NCBI GenBank assembly: GCA_964016885.1
Contig: OZ024746.1
Coordinates: 49,476,001 to 49,540,000 of the forward strand
DNA from: Eledone cirrhosa
Lineage: Eukaryota
DNA length: 64,000 nt
Reading direction: 5' to 3'
Shown here: piece by piece, positions 41,873-55,764 of the stretch
How the letters are laid out: each line of letters begins with the position of its first letter
How positions within the stretch are numbered: the stretch's first letter is position 1
Made by a program: the position numbers and the translations under genes
Notes under the pieces: model-generated
Told to the model about the DNA's origin: nothing
The model's input: only the letters and a program-made list of their open reading frames with translations
Databases searched by the model: none

Positions 41873-44591
41873 GAGAGAGATCTATATATATATTCATACA
41901 TACATATATTGAAAATAGGGGCGCACAGGACAGAGACAATGGATAAAACAACGGAAAACTGACAGCCTCATCTCTTCAGCCAACCTCTGTAAATCACGAC
42001 GGTTTCGGTTTATCAATTAGGACGCAGTAGAACAGCTAGAGACAAAGCCAGGACACATTATGCCTTTCGACGAATTATACAAATATACATGAAAGGGTAT
42101 CCCAAATGAGTCAACTGACAAAGAATGGAGTATTTTCCTTGCTTGATCAGGGTTGATGTGATGCTTATCAACAAAGAAAATAACAAAACATGCAGTGGCA
42201 ACTATACCCACCAACGTTACCTACCTTGTCCCAAATCTGAAGATTATCAACAGTTATCACAGAGTTTTAATATCATACTTAGGCGCTCTACATATCGCTG
42301 GGAGGTAGATATAACCGCACGATACTTCAGCTGAGAGGACCTCTTAATCTTTTACTCGTATTATATATATTACAAAGTTATTGGTGTGGTAGTTGTTGTT
42401 TAATCTAGGTCAGCGCTGATTGAACAAAAGCATTCCAGTTTGATCCATCTCATCTTTTATTTGGTGTTACTATGTCTATATCTAAAGCTTTCTTCCATTG
42501 ATAAGGCGGTAGGTGTGATTTGAGGGAGCCTTCACTGCAACTTCAAGTAGTTCATATCACTACATAGGGATTTCTTCATTGGCTCATGATGATAAGTGAT
42601 GTGTTTAGTAGACATTATTATCACGGTTATTTTATTTAGAAATACAAAAGTAAAATTAAACCTTTCTGTAACTTCTGATATTGTTTGAAGGGAAGGTGCG
42701 ATAAACTATTTATTTCTATACTGTTCGTTGTTATATTTCTTCTTTGTCTCTTTTTCCTATTCTAAATCTAGAATGTAAAGTAAGAGAAATGAGATGAGCA
42801 GGAAACTAAAACTCCACAAATCACAACTGATATGTGCCTTGCTTACAAATATACATTTGCTGGCTCGTTAAGAATATATCTCTTTAACTAAAACCAAACA
42901 ACTTCACATTACATGAAGTTGTTTGGAGTGTAATCAAGGAAACAAAAGCAAAAAGTCAAAAGTGAAGAGAAGAAAATGAAGCAAATATAAATTGTTCTTG
43001 AGAGAAAATAAATAGAAAATTCTCAATCGAGTCAAAGCTATAAAAACAAAGTCTACTTTTATTCTTTTGCATTAAAAACAAAATAGTTTTGAGTTAAAAG
43101 ATTATTCCGGTTTGCACCGAATCGTCAACTAATGGGCGTTTTTTCAATCGAAGATGTGTATATAACAATCAAGGAGACAGCTTGTTAGCAAATGAATGAC
43201 AGTGCACAGTTCTTCACGCAAATTGAGTAAGAAAGAAAATTAAGAAGTAAAATGAGATGTAGCCCAAAGCTATAGAAAAATTATCGAACATGATGAGAAA
43301 ATATAAAACTTATTTATGGCCATGTATTTAATGATGATTTATATTGACTCGGGATTATATTTTCTACCTATGGATACTCTTACGTCTGATAGCCGTTTTC
43401 TCGGAATGCAAAGTGATGAATGAGTTAAGGACATACACATTTGGTATCGTAGCTATTCAAATGTCATGATGGCAGAAACAGTTAACCACGAAACATTGAG
43501 GATGCTTTATTCAGGCACTAGACCTGGTAAATGAAGCAATATATTTTCTTCGCCAAATTCCTTATCTACTTTAAATTAAAATCAAAATATTTTTAATTTT
43601 AATTCCTATGCCCCAAAATATAAACGACATTGCCACTTCTAGAATGCCTATTTAAATACTCTCCGTTTATCAACTTCACAGCCAAAGCGCCATTCGAAAA
43701 CTGTCGGGATAAATTCATCAAATTCATCAATATCCTCAATAACGATTTCAGTGTCCTGAAGGATCAATAAAATAATAAACTGCTACTATTTGTTATTTTA
43801 TAAATGAATTAATCAAGCTTGAAATTAATAACAAATAATGATTTATTGAGTATTTTTTAGGTTTAATTATAGATTTTCTTTTCAATTTTCAAATCAATAA
43901 ATGTAAAAGAAATCAATAATTGTTGTATACAGTTTCAATTAAAATTTTTTTTTTTAAACAAAATGCGGTTACTCAAAGAACCCACTTAAGAAGTATTTTC
44001 TACTGCGCTCATTAATGTCCATTAAGTATTTGATTTCATATCTGTTAAACTTCTAACTCGCAGTTACTTGAATTACTTTGAATGTGATCTTTGTTCTATT
44101 TTCTTGAATAACCAGTCACCACATCAAATAAAAAAAATAAGTAATTTCAACGTCGGCGTTTTAATATTGTGCCGGTAACAAGATATAAATAATTGGACCT
44201 TGTGTGCGTGTGTGTGCGTCTGCATATGTATGCATACATGCATACATGCATACATGCATACATGTATATATATATATACAGATCAAGATTATTCCAGTTT
44301 TAAACTGGTAAGACCATTATTCAGCAGAATGCCGGATACTTGGGATAATAGAGTGTAAATATATTAGAGTGTCAGGGCCCGTCAGCTGAGGTCTTGTCGT
44401 TTCTCTAGTCTGGAATTTGCTATCTAAACAGCAATCATTCCGTTCAACCGTCGGGACACCGACTTTCTAATATATATATATATACATATGTATATATGTA
44501 TATATACATATGTATGTATGTATATATATACATATCTATATACATATCTATATATACATATGTATATATAGATATATTCAGAAACGAAATA

Positions 44592-44625
<34 letters not shown>

Positions 44626-44641
44626 AGCATGTAAATATATA

Positions 44642-44740
44642 CAGGGTGTTCCAAAAATGTATATACAGTTCAACAACATTCTAATAAATATTGCCTATAC
44701 AGGTAATCAAAGGTAAGTATACATCTTTTGGGACACCCTG
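44642..44740. mobile_element. Tc1/mariner-like MITE (~99 bp)
   Basis: TA|CAGGGTGTTCCAAAAATGTATA ... TATACATCTTTTGGGACACCCTG. Confidence 0.75.
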
Positions 44741-44819
44741 CATATATATATAAATATATATATATATACATATAGACACATTATATATAAATATATATAT
44801 ATATATGTGTGTATATATA

Positions 44820-45490
44820 TGAACAAACGATCAACGATGGTTGCTGGACACTACGGCTTAATACGGGATATTTGTTTACAAACACACCGAGCATTATAAT
44901 AAATGTTCGGTGAATCCATACGTACATATATATATGTGTGCATGTATGTATATATATATACATACTACTGTACGTCTGTGTACATATATGTATGTACGTG
45001 TACATACTTATATTTAAGTAACAGCCCTACTAAGAGTGGGAAATAAAATTTCGTTTCATTTTTCCGTTTATCGTTTTCGGTGTACCCGGCCGATTAACCC
45101 ACTCAATATGCAAATTGGGCTACTCAGCCGTTAATATGCATAAGGTAAGTATATACGTTCAACAATCTGGCAGGAAGGTATACGTTGCTTACGATAGCTA
45201 ATAAGTTTTAAACTAGTACGGCGTTCCTTTGTCAGTGCTGAACAAACGAGCAACGATGGTTGCTGGACACTACGGCTTAATACGGGATGTTTGTTTACAA
45301 ACACACCGAGCATTATAATAAATGTTCGGTGAATCCATACGTACATATATATATGTGTGCATGTATGTATATATATATATATATATACATACTACTGTAC
45401 GTCTGTATACATATATGTATGTACGTGTACATACTTATATTTAAGTAACAGCCGTACTAAGAGTGGGAAATGAAATTTCGTTTCATTTTT

Positions 45491-45492
<2 letters not shown>
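44820..45492. repeat. Direct repeat, period ~420 bp, within (TA)n
   Basis: gaacaaacga.caacgatggttgctggacactacgg.. at 44821 and 45240, both ending aaatttcgtttcattttt. Confidence 0.85.
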
Positions 45493-45545
<53 letters not shown>

Positions 45546-45556
45546 GTATATATATG

Positions 45557-45612
<56 letters not shown>

Positions 45613-45639
45613 CGCACACATAATCTATCTATCAGCATA

Positions 45640-45750
45640 TTGTCAAGTATGCCAAGGTTTTAAAGAATTTTCCAGAGAGATATGTGATTGACAATGCCAA
45701 AGGCTTTGGTCAAGTCGAGAAAAACTATCAATTGCTCCTGGTTCTTTTCA
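45640..45750 (-). pseudogene. LINE (RTE-like) reverse transcriptase fragment
   Basis: [29 protein letters not shown] matches the F.DL.KAFD.V...LW..L RT motif. Confidence 0.7.
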
Positions 45751-45796
45751 TGTGTGTGTATATATATATATATATACATATGTCTATATAGATATG

Positions 45797-45827
<31 letters not shown>

Positions 45828-46202
45828 CAAGATGATATATATATATATATATATCATCTTGATATATCGCTTAGTTGAGCAAAATGCCCATTTCATGTTG
45901 AATGGCCAAGGTAGTTTGGTTCCAACATAACCTGTATGAACCAAGGAGTGAAATTATCTTGTCTTTCATTAATATGATATCATGAAACAATTCAATTGGC
46001 CATAATTGTGACACTAACGCTCTTGTTAAATATTGAACATCACAACTCCCTACTTGTATTCTTATGCTTACATAAGCAATTACTTTATCTTTGTGTTTGT
46101 GTGGTGATTCATTCTCCCTTGCTTATTCTTCTGCTGAAAGCATACACGTATACGAACATTCATAAACACAAACACAAATATATACATGCGTAAACTCACA
46201 TG

Positions 46203-46233
<31 letters not shown>

Positions 46234-46366
46234 CACATACACACACACACATCCCATTAAGAAACTCATTAGAGAAAAGCATGTTTCAATACTTGTTCGA
46301 AAGTGGAGTTTCTAAGTAGTAATTCCTTGTAAGGTACTGCATGCTTAGGCCTATAATGAGGACTTA

Positions 46367-46419
46367 GTAGAGTAGTAGTAGTAGTAGTAGTAGTAGCAGT
46401 AGCAGTAGCAGTAGCAGTA

Positions 46420-46458
<39 letters not shown>

Positions 46459-46488
46459 AGGCGGCGACCGCAGTGTTAGTAGTAGTAG
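46367..46488. repeat. (AGT)n/(AGC) trinucleotide repeat
   Basis: Direct reading. Confidence 0.9.
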
Positions 46489-46611
46489 GATCTATCGTTG
46501 TTGCTTACCATCAAGCAGACATATCAGGAAATACGCACCAACTCTTTAGAAGAATCCATGAGTATATTATCTAATGTGTTTTTCCTTAAAAGACTACCTT
46601 GCATTATTTAT

Positions 46612-46990
46612 AGGGCAGTATCGTTAAAGGGTCGGACGCTATGCTTTGCAGCATAGTTACGTATCTTTACGATCTGAGTTCAAATCCCGCCGAGGTTGAC
46701 TTTGCCTTTCATCCTTACGGAATCGATAAAATAAAGTACCTGTAATGCACTGGGTAATTGCTGGCCTTGTGCCTAAAGTAGAAAAAATTATTTATAGGTA
46801 GGGGGCGGTGAATTGGCAGTATCGGTAGAGGGTTGGACGTCATGCTTTCTAGCATAGTTACGTCCCTTTACGGTCTTAGTTCAAATCCCATCGAGGTTAA
46901 CGTTGCTTTTCATCCTTACGGGGTCAATAAAATAAATACCAGTAATACACTGGGATAATTGCTGGCCTTGTGCCAAAAGTAGAAACAATT
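46612..46990 (+). mobile_element. Two tandem SINE copies (46612-46788, 46801-46990)
   Basis: Each has B-box, core and tail, and each is followed by ttatttataggtag. Confidence 0.88.
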
Positions 46991-47460
46991 ATTTATAGGT
47001 AGATTTGACTGTTAGTCCTAATGTTTCGTACGACTACATAGAGACATCGACTGTAGCTTCCACCAATGAAATAGACCTTGCTTTATAAGTGAGTAAACCT
47101 GTATCTGTGAAATGCAATTTTGTTCTATGTTGTAATTTTCATTACAGCGTATATTTTACATTGTAGGTATTGTCGCACATTAAAAAGTTGCATTCACCAT
47201 AAGACTGACAGTAGATATATATAAGATGATGATCAGGAAATACAATAAAATTAGTGATCAGTTTCTTCATTCAGCAATGTTTTGTTTTTAACTAAGTTGA
47301 AAGAAAGATAAAATAAACGAAAACAAAAATTCAGTATCATAGACATACTACTAATTTATACTTTCTACATTTTAGTTTTATTTTATTCGTTACCAACGTT
47401 ATAATGAAACGACGTTTAGTAGTTTAGTGGAGTTTGTTTGTATTATCTACGCCTTAAATT

Positions 47461-47645
47461 GGCGGTGGATTGGCAGTATCGGTAGAGCGTCAGACAACAT
47501 ACTTTACAGCATAGAGTTATGACCCTTTACGTTCTTAGTTCAAATCCTGAGTTAACTTTGCCTTTCATCCTCACGGGGTCGATAAAATAAAGTACCAGTA
47601 ATGCACTGGGATAATTGCTGGCCTTCTGCCAAAAGTAGAAACAAT
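47461..47645 (+). mobile_element. SINE
   Basis: A/B boxes, core, tail. Confidence 0.85.
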
Positions 47646-48448
47646 AACCTACTCCTTAAATGAACGTGTTTGCTTGTGTATGTTTTTCACTTCGTTTACC
47701 AGAAAATGTTATTCAAATAGGTTACTGTATATTGTTGCTGCTGTCGTTGTTGTTGCTCCTTTTGTTCTTGTTCTTGGTGATATTCTTGTTCTTGCTGCTT
47801 CTGTTGTCGATGTTCACGCTGTTGTTTTTCTCTATCCCCATATCAACCCTGATTGAACAGACATATGATCAAAGACCTTCCAGTGGAGATCTCCTGTTGT
47901 ATGTGTTTTCAATCAATGAACTGCAATGTCCAATGTTTCATTTTTTAAAAACAGTAGAGTATAATGCGAAGTATATTTAGCTGTTATTTATAACAGATTA
48001 AGAGACAACATATTACATCTATTATTGGCACGTTTGTAGGTAAGTTGTTTAGACTCAGGTCAGCCTTGTTTTAACATATCTACGTTCTAGCCATACCTAT
48101 CGCAACTTTTCAGACATAATTGATATCAGGCAACATTATTCAAGCGATCCTGCTTGTTACTTGAGGGTGATTTCGCTACTATTTCTAGCGACAAATCAAG
48201 CGACCGAAGAAAAGGTCCCCATTTTCGAAACTGGCGGGTAGGTTGAAATTGAAGTTCGTGGAGTGTAAGACACTATAAATTATAAGTAAAAGAAACAAAA
48301 AAAAAAAAACGAAATTTAATCCCTAATCTCTTGAAATAGACTGAACTATTTATGTGTTATGGCGACCGGTTCTTTTATTTAGGACATCAAATTAAGAAAT
48401 ATCTATTTCAGTTCTCGGAATAATTTCTAATATATTCAAAGATGATGC

Positions 48449-48530
<82 letters not shown>

Positions 48531-48545
48531 TATATATAATATATA

Positions 48546-48737
48546 ACGAAGAAAATGTGGTAAGGAACCAGGTGGACCATAACGCACCAAAGTACTCAAT
48601 ACTTAGGGTAGTAGAGTGGGTAATAGGAACAAGTAAGACCCCGACGGCTGAGCTCAAGCCGTTTCGACGGCTAATTCTGAGTCCAGAATTAGCCGTCGAA
48701 ACGGCTTTAGCTCAGCCGTCGGGGTCTTACTTGTTCC

Positions 48738-48740
<3 letters not shown>
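48546..48740. repeat. Fold-back element between (TA)n tracts; palindrome 48623-48740
   Basis: ataggaacaagtaagaccccgacggctgagct..ctaattctg / cagaattag..agctcagccgtcggggtcttacttgttcctat. Confidence 0.85.
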
Positions 48741-48786
<46 letters not shown>

Positions 48787-48844
48787 TTTATTTATACATG
48801 TATGCATGTATATAAATATATATATATAAATACTCGCACATGCG

Positions 48845-48893
<49 letters not shown>

Positions 48894-48950
48894 TATTAAA
48901 CAAATAATGAATAAAACAATGAAACAGTTCCTTATATTAAACAAAAAAAG

Positions 48951-49104
48951 TTCATTATTTAACGATCGTTTCTAGGATATATATGTGTTAGAATTGGCAT
49001 GCATATTCAACAGATCTATGTACAAAATTATACAAAATTATACAAACTATCAAGATTAAATATACATACCAACACATATATACGCCGTCTTCAGAAATAA
49101 TGAA
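48951..49104 (-). ncRNA. Type-I hammerhead ribozyme with long helix II (PLE pLTR)
   Basis: ttcattattt-CTGAAGA-cggcgtatatatgtgttgg..ctaacacatatatatccta-GAAA-CGATCG-TT-aaataatgaa; 10-bp helix I, palindromic helix III. Confidence 0.85.
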
Positions 49105-49717
49105 ATATATTTATTGATAATAACAACAATTCAAAATTTCAGGTCCGTTTGGGAACAAAATTGACCAATGAAAATACAAAAGGTTTTATGCAGTTCGGTG
49201 TGTGTATATACATGTAACTACCCTTACACATATTTTACAAAAATGTATGCTCAACTTGTATACGCATACCAAAAGGATGGATGCAAATACAAAATTTCAA
49301 GGTTAATGTCTCTGTAAGTTTATAATGCACAGATAAGATGCGTATAGACACATAAATATGAAATAAGTGTATACACATATTCTCATACTCACACATATCC
49401 GTACAATCACACACACGCGCGCGTATATGCATAAACATACACATAACTACGAACATACAAACACACACACACCCCCACTCACATATATATATGTGGATAT
49501 AATATCATAAGCACATGGATATTAATTCACTCACATAAACACTGCCACACACATTTAGTTCAAGATACAGAAATTAGGTGGGAGGGGGGGAGAGGTCAGT
49601 ATTCAACGGTTTGGGCAGACTGCTTATTATAGATGTATCTATAAACTAAGAAAATAAAAAATAAAAATTAAAAAGGAAAGAAAAGAAAAAGAAAAAAGAA
49701 AAAAGAAATATATCAAG

Positions 49718-49823
<106 letters not shown>

Positions 49824-49925
49824 AACACATACATACATATACACACATCCACACTTAGAACATACATACACACACATATATAAACATATACATATACACA
49901 CATACACACATATATACACACATAC

Positions 49926-49976
<51 letters not shown>

Positions 49977-50265
49977 CACACACATATATACATATATAAT
50001 CACACATACTATATAGACACACATATATATATACACATACACGCACATATACATACACATACATACTTATATACATACAGATATACACATACATACCTAT
50101 ATATACACACAAATACATACAGACATACATACATACATACACACAAATACTTACGCATCCATATATCGGTATATACATACAAACACCACTACACTCTCAC
50201 ACAACTCAGACATACAAAGAAAAAGGTATATACCTATACACATATACATATACAAATAGAGATAC

Positions 50266-50330
<65 letters not shown>

Positions 50331-50520
50331 CACATATACACACACATACATACATACACATACATACATGTACACACACATACATATACATACATACACA
50401 CATACACACATACATATATAGTCATACACACACATACACCTACACGAACATACACATACACATATATAAAGATATATATACACACACACACATACACACA
50501 CACACATATATATAAAATAA

Positions 50521-50575
<55 letters not shown>

Positions 50576-51139
50576 CATATACATACACACATACATAGAC
50601 ATATATGTACATACATACACATACATACATACATACACACACATATATACATATATATACACACACAGACACATACATACATACACACACAACATACATA
50701 CACACACATATATACTCATACATAGAATTAGATATATATTCATACATGCATACGCACTTACATATACTCATATATACAAATACATACGCATCCATATATG
50801 CGTATATACATACAAACACCACTACACCCTCACACAACTCAGACATACAAAGAAAAAGGCATATACATATACATATATACACGCATTAATAGAGATATAT
50901 ATACACATATATATATATATATATACACATACACTTATATATATACACCCACACACACATACAACCATAAACACACATACAAACACCCACATACACATAT
51001 ATATACACATACATATATATACACACACACAAAAAACAGACATACACATATATATTTTTTACACATATATATACACATATATATACATATACACACCCTC
51101 ACATATACACACATACACATAAGTTATATTATAATAATA

Positions 51140-51177
<38 letters not shown>

Positions 51178-51417
51178 TCGAATATAGACATATATACACA
51201 CATAGATATATATATATATGTACATATACACACACACACACACACACTCACATATATATGTGCGCACACGCACATATATACACATACACACATATACACG
51301 TAAACACATACATGTGCATACATGCACACACACACATATACCCACATAGATACGAAGATAGACATATAAATAGAGAGACATACATATATATACACACACA
51401 TATATACATACATACAT

Positions 51418-51456
<39 letters not shown>

Positions 51457-52286
51457 CACACATACACGCCCACACACATATACACATATACACATATATA
51501 TACATACACACATACACATACACATATATATACACACATGCATATATACACACATATATATACATACACACATATATATACACACAATCTTACATTCTTA
51601 TTTGCATGCGCATATATGTATTTTTATATTCAGATATAAATACCCAAACATATATACACCTACCTACATATATATTCATACATACACGCTTACAAACACA
51701 GATGATAATAGTATGGGGGAAAGGGGGGGTTGGAGAAGGGGATTATAGTAAATATATGTTTCAAGAAACATAGAATATTATCTGTATCTGGATCCAATGT
51801 ATGTTTTTACATAGTTTCAGTGTTAGGAAATACAAGAAATAAGGCAAAATTTATGCATCTCAAAATAAATAAGTATACCATTAATTATATGTTAACTAAA
51901 CTAAAGATAGTTAACATATTGATTTCTAAGGTGTAAATTAGTTAGGTTTATAATATTTGAAGCAGAATTTTGAAGTTAAATAGTAGTAGAGTATTAATTA
52001 TAGTATAACTAAATTAAAGTTAATAACGTTATGGTATCAATATTAGGAAATGAATTTAGTAATAGGGAAAAAACAAATAAAGTATTACATCGGTAGTAGA
52101 ATATAAATTATAGGTTAACTAAATTAAAAATTATATATTAATTTCTATAGTATATGTTAATTAGGTATATAATAAATAAAACAGATATTGTATTTTATCA
52201 ATAGCAGAATATAATTATATGCAAATAGAAATCAAAATTAATACATATACATATACATATACATACACATATATATATATACACAT

Positions 52287-52329
<43 letters not shown>

Positions 52330-52818
52330 TACACATACATATACATACATACATATACATATTTTTTTCAAAAATTGCAAAGAATTTATTAACTAGGTAT
52401 ATATCCAAAACACATCCCATTCTATGATTACATGACATTCTGCAATCCGTCTGTATAAGGATACTAATTTTAAGCCAATTAAATTAAATTTTTAGGTTGA
52501 CTAAATTTAAAACCAAATTATAAATATATTTCTAAAATGTATATTAATTAGGTCTATAATACTAAAAATTATTTCTCTGTCATTGGATACACGATATTTT
52601 GTTATATTTTATCTGTAAAGGAATTTTAATAAAAGGTTTAAATAAATTAAAATTAATCTATAAATTAAATTACTAAGTATATATTAGTAATATTTAAAGG
52701 TTTTTCACAATTTATGATTACACAATATTTTATATTCTCATCTGTAATAGAATTTTAATTAAATTAAATTTATAGGTTAACTAACATTTAAATTAAATTA
52801 ATTTCTAAAATAATGTTA

Positions 52819-55281
52819 TTAATTAGGTTTATAATATTTAAATGTTTTTTTTAGTTTATGATTACACGATATAATTAATTCCTGTCGTTTATTTAATAGG
52901 ATATCCTTAGATTTCATTATTTCAAATAGTTCTTGGGAACATAATCTACATTCATTTCTATTATTTTGATAAGGGGTGGCTCTTTTGAGCACACTCCAGG
53001 TCAAATCATATTCTATATTCTTATTTTTATAACTATTGATTTTTTCTGCTAGAGATGTTGTATTAGCCAGTGCGGCATTTTTAAAACTATGCTTGTGGGT
53101 ATTAAACCTTGTCTTAAAATTGTTAGAGGTAGCTCCTATATATGAGCAAATAGAATCTTTAGTTTTAACATTACATTTATAGACTATGTTGTTAACAAGA
53201 CAATTCCCTTTTAATGGGCAGTTTGCTTTGTTTCTACAGTTACAACCTTTCGTTAATTCTGTATTTGAGGAGATATTATGGTTAATTTGATGTACTGGTG
53301 GTATACTTATGGTTTTCTTACATTTATATGCATTATAGGCACTTATATTTTGTTTTATGCTATTTGTTGTAGAGTATGAGAATTTAACTGTAGACCTATT
53401 TAAGATTTGATGGTATTTGTGGTTTGGCGGGAAGTTTTTCTCTAGGATATAAAAAAATTTTTTAGCAATATTATCCTTAATTTGTAAATTAAATGGAGCA
53501 TTATACCAAGTAACCCGTCTATTACGGTTTCTATGTTGTTTATTATTTTTATTATTTTTATAGGTTGTATCGTGATGTTTACTAGGAGGATTAATGTTAA
53601 TGATCTCACCACAACCATTTTTAGTTATATTTGTAGATTTAGGTGTTTTATCCTTTTTATTAGGAGTTTTATTATTAATATTTATTAGAGTTGTATGATG
53701 AGTAGTTTTTTGAGAGTTACTATATTTTATATTAGAAGATTTGGTATTTTGGGGTATAGTGTGGGTGGCATTTAGGTGTGTACTTTTCATTTGGTGTTTG
53801 TTGGTAATATTAGGTTGTATGCTTTCAGTATTTTTAGTAGAAGGTATATATTCTAATCTATTTTTGTGGCCACTTCTATCTAGAGCTTCGTTATAGAAGG
53901 TCGCATTTTTATCAAATACATCTTGGTTAGAAGAAAGGTTAGAAATTCTAAGTGATATATTATATGCAAGGTTTTTAAGGATAGATTTAGGGTGATTAGA
54001 TTGTGAGTGTATGTAATGTAAGTTTTGGTTTGGTTTATGGTAAGGTTGGTAGATACCCGTAGCTAAATCTAAAGTTATATCTAGGAAATTTACTACTTTA
54101 CTTGTTTTTTCAAAAGTAATATGAAGATTATAATAGTCTTTAAGGAAAGTTCTAATATGTTTTTTGTTTTTTTCAATTTCTGAAAGGCTAAGGTTGTTAG
54201 AAAGAAGAAGACAGTCATCACGATATAAACCACCTTTGAGGTGGGGAAAGGAGGCATTTATGTTGAAAAGGAGAAAGAGGCCCACAAGATCAGTAATTTG
54301 GGCGGAATCGCTTGAACCCATAGTAATATCAAATAGATTACTATATGTGTTTCTGGTCCAGTATTCATTCTGAAATTCAATAAGTGTTAGTCTAGCATGT
54401 GTAATAATATTAATGTCATCCAAAGTTAAGTTAGATCTATTTTTAGCAAATATCAATGCTTTGTTCAGGAGTATAGGTGATATAGAAGAATAGTAATTAT
54501 CTATATCAAATTGTAGAAATGAAGCAGAAGATTTACATCTAATATTTTTAAACCAGTTAATTACCTGGGAGGTGTTTTCCCAGAGTGGTAAAATAACGTG
54601 TTTTCTTATTTGTGGGATGACTCTATCCAAAATTTTTTTGCTAATTATTCCAATATCTGATTTGGAGGGACATATAAGTCTAATAGAAGGATTTGAGTTA
54701 AAGTTTGATTTATGATCCTTCAGGTTGAAGTGTGGTCTTTTCAATGCCAAAGGTTCAGTTCTATCTTCAATGTTTAGTTTTTTTACTATGTTGTGTGTTT
54801 TGTTGTTGATGTTGGTGAGTGACGCATTATTAGATTTTTTATAATTTTTTCTGAGTTCTTTATATATGAACTCATTATAATGTTCAATATCCATATGATA
54901 CAAGTTACCAGTTTTGTCCGAGTGGACATGGATTTTTTTAGACTTTTTTAGGTCCAATAGGGTAGAATCAAGGTCCTTTTGAAAGACGGATTTATACTTT
55001 TTAAATTTGAGGTGTTTAATTAAATTAAAAAGGTCTTTCTCGAAGTCTTCAAGTAAAAAGTTGTGTGGTGGATTCTTGTAAGTATTGAAATCATACATAT
55101 ATTTCCGATCTGCTTGTTTAGATTTTTTATCGAAGTGGTAGGCTCTCCATCTAACCCTTCTGATAAAATTATTAGTTTTTTGAATCATAAGGAGTAAGAA
55201 GTCATCCTTAGAAGGTATTGGTATGTTTTTTAAAGAGGTTCCCAAATATTGTTTTTCCATTGTGATATGGATGATGGACAA
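52819..55281 (-). CDS. Penelope-like element polyprotein: reverse transcriptase + C-terminal GIY-YIG endonuclease (Nematis-like); first ATG at 55260
   Basis: SDKTGNLY, LKDHK.NF..NPSIRLICP, FLQFDIDNYYSSI, FDITMGS, GLYRDD, VNFLDITLDL, YIHSQSNHP, WYNAPF, CNCR..CPLKGNCL, IVY..YIG.T..FKTRF..H. Confidence 0.95.
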   Translation of the reverse strand: MSIIHITMEKQYLGTSLKNIPIPSKDDFLLLMIQKTNNFIRRVRWRAYHFDKKSKQADRKYMYDFNTYKNPPHNFLLEDFEKDLFNLIKHLKFKKYKSVFQKDLDSTLLDLKKSKKIHVHSDKTGNLYHMDIEHYNEFIYKELRKNYKKSNNASLTNINNKTHNIVKKLNIEDRTEPLALKRPHFNLKDHKSNFNSNPSIRLICPSKSDIGIISKKILDRVIPQIRKHVILPLWENTSQVINWFKNIRCKSSASFLQFDIDNYYSSISPILLNKALIFAKNRSNLTLDDINIITHARLTLIEFQNEYWTRNTYSNLFDITMGSSDSAQITDLVGLFLLFNINASFPHLKGGLYRDDCLLLSNNLSLSEIEKNKKHIRTFLKDYYNLHITFEKTSKVVNFLDITLDLATGIYQPYHKPNQNLHYIHSQSNHPKSILKNLAYNISLRISNLSSNQDVFDKNATFYNEALDRSGHKNRLEYIPSTKNTESIQPNITNKHQMKSTHLNATHTIPQNTKSSNIKYSNSQKTTHHTTLININNKTPNKKDKTPKSTNITKNGCGEIININPPSKHHDTTYKNNKNNKQHRNRNRRVTWYNAPFNLQIKDNIAKKFFYILEKNFPPNHKYHQILNRSTVKFSYSTTNSIKQNISAYNAYKCKKTISIPPVHQINHNISSNTELTKGCNCRNKANCPLKGNCLVNNIVYKCNVKTKDSICSYIGATSNNFKTRFNTHKHSFKNAALANTTSLAEKINSYKNKNIEYDLTWSVLKRATPYQNNRNECRLCSQELFEIMKSKDILLNKRQELIISCNHKLKKTFKYYKPN

Positions 55282-55610
55282 TTGAAAGAGCTCAACTAAA
55301 TGTATATGGGTTTATAAAATCATACATATATATGTATATACATAAATATAAAATTAATACACACATACAGTACAAAAATACGAATATTTCCGTGAAAATA
55401 GGAGCAAAATTATGTAGATAAATCTACCAAGAGTTTACGGTAGTGTCCAATCCGTATGAAGAACTCAATGTATTCCGGATATCATGGAAAGAAGAGATGT
55501 AATGAAAAATCACTTTCGGTGAAAGATAAACGGTATACAGAGTCAAGATAAATTATTAAACAAATAATGAATAAAACAATGAAACAGTTCCTTATATTAA
55601 ACAAAAAAAG

Positions 55611-55764
55611 TTCATTATTTAACGATCGTTTCTAGGATATATATGTGTTAGAATTGGCATGCATATTCAACAGATCTATGTACAAAATTATACAAAATTA
55701 TACAAACTATCAAGATTAAATATACATACCAACACATATATACGCCGTCTTCAGAAATAATGAA
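55611..55764 (-). ncRNA. Type-I hammerhead ribozyme (PLE pLTR, copy 2)
   Basis: Matches 48951-49104. Confidence 0.85.

Noticed and set aside
41994-42012. ccGAAACCGTC on minus strand
   Set aside because: No upstream CUGANGA or helix II found.
52819-55281. Naiad/Chlamys-type or selenoprotein PLE; telomerase
   Set aside because: The endonuclease is C-terminal, there is no in-frame TGA, and no TERT-specific motifs are present.
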